Positions 57,713 to 64,000 of a stretch of 64,000 nucleotides of DNA are shown here, in pieces. Position 1 is the stretch's first letter, and every line of letters starts with the position of its first letter. The DNA lies in contig NIVC01002896.1 of assembly GCA_002269645.1 (NCBI GenBank), positions 1-64,000 on the forward strand. Reading direction: 5' to 3'. Source of the stretch: Macrostomum lignano. Taxonomy: Eukaryota. A program made the position numbers and the translations under genes. Below the pieces are notes generated by a model, which was not told where the DNA came from, searched no databases, and saw only the letters and a program-made list of their open reading frames with translations.

Positions 57713-60700
57713 ATGTCAAAACTATGGAACGAGAATCTGTGGGTGCGTACAATTAATGTTTCGTTTCTATTTCTATAAATCATTGAGGCTTCCTTTGACT
57801 TCGTTTGTCTACTAAAAATATTACAAATTCCTTTTCTGGCTTTGCTCGACAACTCTAAAGGCAAGGCTAGAAGAGCAATATTGAGTAGTTAAGAAGTTAC
57901 AAGAAAATAGTAATTAACATGAAAAGTTACTTTTTAATTTTAGTGGTGTTGAATTTTCGCTATAACTTTTTACCATTACTCTTCCAAGCTAATCGATGTG
58001 AATAGTTTTAATTTATCCTCTTAATTGTTCCCATTTCAGGATACATTTAATCCTCACGTTTACAACTTCAACAAATTTAACTTCGAATTCTTAAAGACTT
58101 TCACTGAGTTTTTAAAGCGCCGCTGCAAGATAGAGGAAACCTACTGCAAAGAGCTTCGGTAAGAATAAAACACGCTTGTCCATGAGTTAAAATAACGGTT
58201 TTTACTACTTGATGTGGCGATGATGTAGCATGTATTCAACCGATATTCCACCGTTGTCACTATTTATTATTTCCTCCCGCAAACGCTGATTGCAATATAT
58301 AAATTTCAGAAAGCTTTGCTGCGATTGTCGTCCAAAAGACTACAACTCCAACTCAAAGGAATATGCTAGGTAAGTGTTTGCTCCTTGCTTTGCAGAGTTT
58401 ATAGGTGCTTGCCGTCGGGAGAACAAGGTGGCGCGGATGTTCTTTTGAGTTTGTCTGAGTTTAGGGATTGAGTATGAGAATACTGGGAATTAGATTCAAG
58501 AGCGCAATCCAAGGTAACCTAACAGGTTCTAATCCCCACTGCAAGTCTAACACGTATGTATCAATCGTCAGGTTTTCAGTCCAGGCTGCCTTTGACTCAG
58601 CTCTAGGAGAGCTGATCTCAATGGCGGATCAGCGCAACGATCTGCTGATTCAAAAGCTACGCGACACTCGGCACCAGCTACAGAAGGAGCTGACGGAGCT
58701 GCGCGATTCGGCCGCTAAAGCAGAGCGCCGCATCGCCGAGAAGAGCCGCGACCTCGAGACTAGCCGAAAAAAGGTGACGACCGCGCGCTCCCAGTACCAT
58801 CGGGCGCATGCCGACCAGGCCAAAGCGACCACTCCTGAGGCGCAGGAGCAGCGACGGCAGCAGTGCGCTGCCAAACGCACAGTCTACGAAGGTACGAACA
58901 CATTTAACTTGAACTTAACACATTTGACTATCTTCTAGCAGTCTGCGCTCCATCCCCGTTGGGAGGCTACATGGAAAGGAATATTTTTTAATAAACCACC
59001 TGTTGCTTTTGACCTTGCAGAGCCACTATTGGAAATACCATTTAAGAAAAAGGTATTTAAAGCAGAAAAGCATTTTCCCTGAATGCCAGCTACATGTATC
59101 TAGCCTAAGGTATCAGCATCTCCTTTGAGCTTTGGCTCAAAGCATTTGAGCAGCCCCCATAAGCCACAGCATTTGAGTCTTGACATGTCAGAAATCCCCC
59201 CAAAACCGCAACTTATTTATACATTTGAAGATCCTCTGTTTAAAGCGCAGATGGCTTCCGAACGCATAAATAGAAATCTAATTGTTCCAAACACTCAAAA
59301 CGATTTAATCAATCATAGATTTTTTCTCGTAGTATCATTAATCAACCAAACATTTTAAAAGCATGCACGTTTCTAGAGCAATCCCTGTCAGCCCTTTTAC
59401 ATAGAACCGTCGACATGCGCGCTATTGTATGAAGAGCAAGAGATTTAGAAAAACTTTTAAGAAATAAGTGTGCGACAGCTCAACCGGAATTCATTAATGA
59501 GATCCAAACAGTGAAGCAAAAACACTAAGTAATTTTCCTAGCTATTTTGCTACAAAATGCTCAGTGCTAGTTTATCATTATCATACTTTATCATACGATC
59601 GTAAAACCCAACACTTGCTTCATTCGAGTATCAGACCATTCTTATATTTCTTTATATTAGAAGCAAGGGGCTGTGTGCACCATGGCGCACTTGAAGCGAC
59701 ATTGTTACACAACCGGCGAGAGGTATTACTGCCCCTTCCGACGACTCCCCTGTACACAGTCATACGCACAGGCTCACACTCACACAGGATTGTACAGCGG
59801 CCCTAACTTTATTTATCGTTAGGCATTTGCACTTCACTGTGCCTTGGGAGTTGGATGTCAAGGGCGTTAATTGCACGAGCAGAGCCAAGCCGAGATTCCA
59901 ATTTAGCCCCAAATCAATGTGACCTGGTCTGGGCCGCTGGGCTACGGCCACCCAGTATAAGCCCCTCTTATTTATCCAGACTTTTAGTGTAGCTACATTA
60001 AGTCTTTTCTAATATTTATGCTTTTTTTACACAGGAGCCCTCGGTGAATTCAACGAACTGCAGCGGCAGTACTACCACTCCGATCTACTCGAGCAGCTCA
60101 ACCGATTGGAGATGCTCCAGCGCAATTTTTGCACCGTCAGCCGCAACGCCATGGTGGATTGCGCCGATGCCGAGACCGCCACCCTGGCTGAGCAGACTCG
60201 CTCCGCCACCGGCATGTCGGCCTCGGTTAATCGCATCGATGCTGAGGCGGATGCTGCGACGTTTGTTCGCATCACAGCCAGCGACGAGCCCTTGCCAAAC
60301 GACATGGTCCTGGAGGAACCGGCCACTGCAGCCGCTGGGACTCTGACCCGGCCGGTTGTAACGGTGAGAGAAACCAACATCGTCTTTAAAGACCGATTGT
60401 TACATTTAGATATCCAACAAATTTTACTAATGCGTCTCTATTTTTTACTATTGCGCAGTATCGTACAGTACTGTCAGGTGTAGCCTCCAGACCAAACCAG
60501 CTACAACATTTCGGACCTGTCGAATACAAATGCCGAGACATCCCATCTTTAGGCTCTCTGTCGGGGAATTCCTATGGCAGTCTGACTGGTCCCAGCATTA
60601 CTTTGGGCTCCATTCTTAGAGCTTTTCAGTCGTTTCTCCTTCGTTTAGACTCAAGCAAATGGCTTCCTAAGGCAACAAGTTAAATGTTACACGAACTGTC

Positions 60701-62518
60701 AGAAGCTGATTCTCTCTTATACTTTTTATAACATGATTAAAACGTCACTCAGGATCGAATCGGTAGCAAAAATTCAGCTGCTCCAAATCTAGCGTACTTC
60801 TACTTTGCTATGCTAAATTCATGGGTATCTGTTATAGTAGCTTGCCCCAATCGATCCAATACATGCATTGAACCAATGTTACGCCAGGCCTCAAAGTCGC
60901 TGCCTGCTGCAGGAGCTTCCAACGCTGCTCCGACGGGAAACCCGACCGATGCTGGCGATTCCGTTGACGGAGCTGAGAAGCTGAAGAGGAAAATGTAACG
61001 CTACACTATTGCATTTTACTGTTGCGAGTGTATAATTTTTAATAGACTTCTGCTTCCATTAGTATACATTTTTCATTAATTTCTCCACAGAACCGGCCTA
61101 AAGACTCTTTTTGAGGCTTACAAAGCAAATCCAAGTCTTGGGGACGCTTCAGTTGTGGAATCCGAGCTGCGTCAGGCCATGAGCGCGTCTGACCAGATCG
61201 GTGGTACGCTTATTAATCGACGGCAGCCCTTCCGTGACGAATTCGAAACCAATGAATTTGATGTCGACGCTGTCTACAGCACCGTTGACGAAAACGAGGA
61301 AAATCCGGTTGTAATACGGAACGGTAAATTATGCTTGGTTGTTGCTCCAGATGCCACTGTTGGCTAAGGGTAGATGCACTGCTGATATTGATACCGGATG
61401 CACTGACGTTAATCCCAAATGTACTGCTGATGTTGATATTGGATGCACTGACGTTAATCCCAAATGCATTATTGATGCTGACCCCGGATGCACTGACGTT
61501 AATCCCAAATGTACTGCTGATGTTGATACTGGATGCACTGACGTTAATCCCAAATGCATTATTGATGCTGACCCGGATGCACTGACGTTAATCCCAAATG
61601 TACTGCTGATGTTGATATTGGATGCACTGACGTTAATCCCAAATGCATTATTGATGCTGACCCGGATGCACTGACGTTAATCCCAAATGTACTGCTGATG
61701 TTGATACTGGATGCACTGACGTTAATCCCAAATGCATTATTGATGCTGACCCCGGATGCACTGACGTTAATCCCAAATGTACTGCTGATGTTGATACCGG
61801 ATGCACTGACGTTAATCCCAAATGCACTATTGATGCTGACCCCGGATGCACTGACGTTAATCCCAAATGTACTGCTGATGTTGATACTGGATGCACTGAC
61901 GTTAATCCCAAATGCATTATTGATGCTGATCCCGGATGCACTGATATTAATCCCGTACGCAATGCAGATGTTGATCCTGGGTGCACTGAGCTAGATCCCG
62001 GATTACATGGCCTGATATAGCTTTAATATAGCCAACTATATTAAAGCTGTATCAGTTCGTTATGTGATTTAATCTCAAAATACATCGTAGTTTCTAATTG
62101 ACAAAAAATTGCAGACGCGAATAAAGCTGCCATACATGTAAGCTATGAAGCTCATGCTGCTATGTCACCTCCTGAGACTCCTGCGAGACCACCTCTTCCG
62201 GCGCCTGATGAGAGCCCGGCGCCTGATGAGAACCCTGCGCCTGATGAGAACCCTGCGCCTGCAACAGCTGATCCAGGACGTCCTATGTCCATTGCGCCAG
62301 CAGTAGATGAGCCACCGGAGCCGGCCTATGACACAATTGTCTCGCTGCTTTACGACTTCAAAGACGACGCCCAGTCCAGCGTCCTGTCAGTGACAGCTGG
62401 CGAGCAGGTCCTACTGCTCAGATGGGACGATGAATGGTCTCTAGTGTCTCGACTGGACAAGTCCGAGTCTGGCTACGTGCCAACCGCTTATATCTCTTCG
62501 GAGACGCCTTCGGAATAG
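57713..62518 (+). CDS. Cip4: F-BAR / HR1 / SH3 protein of the CIP4-FBP17-TOCA1 family, 533 aa
   Basis: join(57713-57742, 58040-58158, 58310-58369, 58572-58891, 60035-60363, 60888-60994, 61091-61323, 62115-62518) = 1602 nt, phase-consistent. MSKLWNENLW-DTF (cf. MSWGTELWDQF); RRCKIEETYCKELR; FNELQRQYY; YKANPSLGD; SH3 LYDF...W...GYVPTAYI. Subfamily assignment judged by eye. Confidence 0.8.
58572..58891 (+). CDS. Cip4: F-BAR gene exon 4
   Basis: FSVQAAFDSALGELISMADQR... Confidence 0.85.
59735..59955 (-). mobile_element. tRNA-derived SINE family 2 copy (intronic)
   Basis: Head GGTGGCCGTAGCCCAGCGG, CACATTGATTTGGGGCT, CCCAAGGCACAG...GGGCCGCTGTACA. Confidence 0.65.
60035..60363 (+). CDS. Cip4: F-BAR gene exon 5
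   Basis: ALGEFNELQRQYYHSDL...IDAEADAATFV. Confidence 0.85.
61370..61995. repeat. Higher-order tandem repeat of alternating 44-45 nt A/B subunits
   Basis: GGATGCACTGACGTTAATCCCAAATG followed alternately by TACTGCTGATGTTGATACT or CATTATTGATGCTGACCC(C). Confidence 0.93.
62115..62518 (+). CDS. Cip4: F-BAR gene last exon (Pro-rich linker + SH3)
   Basis: TTGCAG acceptor in frame; PAPDEN repeats; SH3; TAG stop. Confidence 0.85.
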
Positions 62519-63639
62519 AATGAAATCGAAATAATGGAGACTGCAGGACATCGGAGATCAATAATGTTGTTTAATCATTGACCGTCATTAAATCTTGTTT
62601 CGAATTCACGAGCTCTGTAAAATTTTCGGTTAAAATATGATAGATTGAGAAGTAAAGAACCAGACGGGAATTTAAAGTCAGTCCTGGAAGCAGTTGACCC
62701 TAAGTTAGAAGGGAAGCAGCTACACACACGCACACAGGTGTGTTACGTCTGCCCCGATTTTTCCTTATCGTCAGGCTCAACGTGTCTTCTCCATGCCTTC
62801 ATCAAATTGCCGATTTCCTTCCAAATTAACGTGGCTAAGAATAGTTGCGAGGGTGTGTTGGAATCTTTGATCACTTGATTGTCATTTCCGATAGAGTTTG
62901 CTTAGGACGCAGTGTTCCTGATTAACGAACGGCACATTCACCAATACAAAAATCATATTTTTATAGATCGTACTAAGCAGAATATTAAGTTATTTTCAGC
63001 TCTTGAGCATTCTGTTTTTGGTTGTTCTTTCATGATTCGTGACGCCATTTTTAGCGACTTGTTAATATTCCAGAGCAGTGCATCCTTGTGCACCATTGTG
63101 ATATATACATCTAACTGTCCTTTTGACACTATATACTTTAGAGTTGTGCTCTTCACATAGGCTCATAGTTTTTTAATCCTAATTATAACAGATATTTTTG
63201 CGTGTTTTATCTTTTTACATTCATTTTTAGCAGTATCGCTGATCAGCATAACGCATAAGCATAACGCAGCTCACTAAGTTTGAACGTGTGTCTTCTTTGT
63301 TGTACGAGTGACTAAACTTTTGTTATATACCCTCGTAGATACTCAAGCATCGATTTATTACCGAGTTCGCTTTTTTAAAAATAAAATTTGCCTCCATTTT
63401 AAAAGCTTGCTGTAATTTATCAATCAGAAAATTGTCGAAATGCATTTGTTTCATTTGGCCGAGCATTGAAGTAGGGTGGTCAGCGAAAATGGTTCTCCTA
63501 CCTACAATGTCCCTATCCACGTGTCCTGTAAGGCTGGACTTTGGCCTAATTACAATCTTCAAAAAGGGCCAAAATCGTAGCGGACCCAAAGACTATGCGT
63601 GAAAAGTGGCCGCAAGTTTTCGCGACCTAAATGCTGTTT

Positions 63640-64000
63640 ACCTTAGTTATTCATGCCTGCTCGGTATGCATGTGGCTTCTTTTATCAGAAACAGAATACA
63701 AGTCTCAACGGGTGACAGACTGCAACACGATGGCCCCGCTGTCCATCCGATCCGACCATCGCCTGCTTTTCTGCAACCTTCGCACCCGGGACCCGCTCTA
63801 CAAGCCTCCCAAGCGACCCCCACGCCGCTACTACAGGGCACTGTGAGACTCCAGTACCCGCGGCAAGTTTGTCTAGGCGTTCGCCGCCGCACTGGGAGAG
63901 TCCGCGAGCACCGGCAACTATTCTGAAATAAGCGCGGCAGTGGCGACAGCCTCTAGCAAGACGCTGCCACTGATGCAACCTGCAGTCTGTAGTCTCCCGG
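63640..64000 (+). mobile_element. Decayed non-LTR retrotransposon AP-endonuclease C-terminus, running off the window
   Basis: FIRNR...VTDCNTM...RSDHRLLFCNL matches the APE terminal SDH motif; stops follow. Confidence 0.6.

Overview
Eukaryotic (metazoan) DNA with GC-rich exons, AT-rich spacers and about 25 distinct minisatellite arrays. The style suggests a free-living flatworm such as Macrostomum; this is an inference, not a lookup. Five spliced genes were reconstructed by hand with phase-consistent GT-AG junctions: a K-Cl cotransporter (SLC12A/KCC, minus, 9 coding exons, 1058 aa, plus a candidate alternative first exon); a single-exon TIP-1/TAX1BP3-like PDZ protein (+); a RECQ1 helicase (minus, 5 exons); CCDC22 (minus, 3 exons, 631 aa); and a CIP4/FBP17-type F-BAR-HR1-SH3 protein (+, 8 exons, 533 aa). 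Mobile DNA includes two tRNA-derived SINE families (3 and 4 copies), two hAT-type MITEs (one with a perfect 8-bp TSD) and decayed LINE and hAT fragments. Nearly all long ORFs in the supplied track are artefacts of tandem repeats. Top lead: I found no genomic start codon for RECQ1. Its first exon opens at a phase-0 acceptor 2.2 kb downstream of CCDC22 on the same strand, which fits a CCDC22-RECQ1 operon whose initiator AUG is donated by the flatworm spliced leader. Other leads: a KCC alternative N-terminus lacking the RFxV SPAK-docking motif, a perfect RFX X-box over the KCC start codon, and introns that mostly carry their own private minisatellite.
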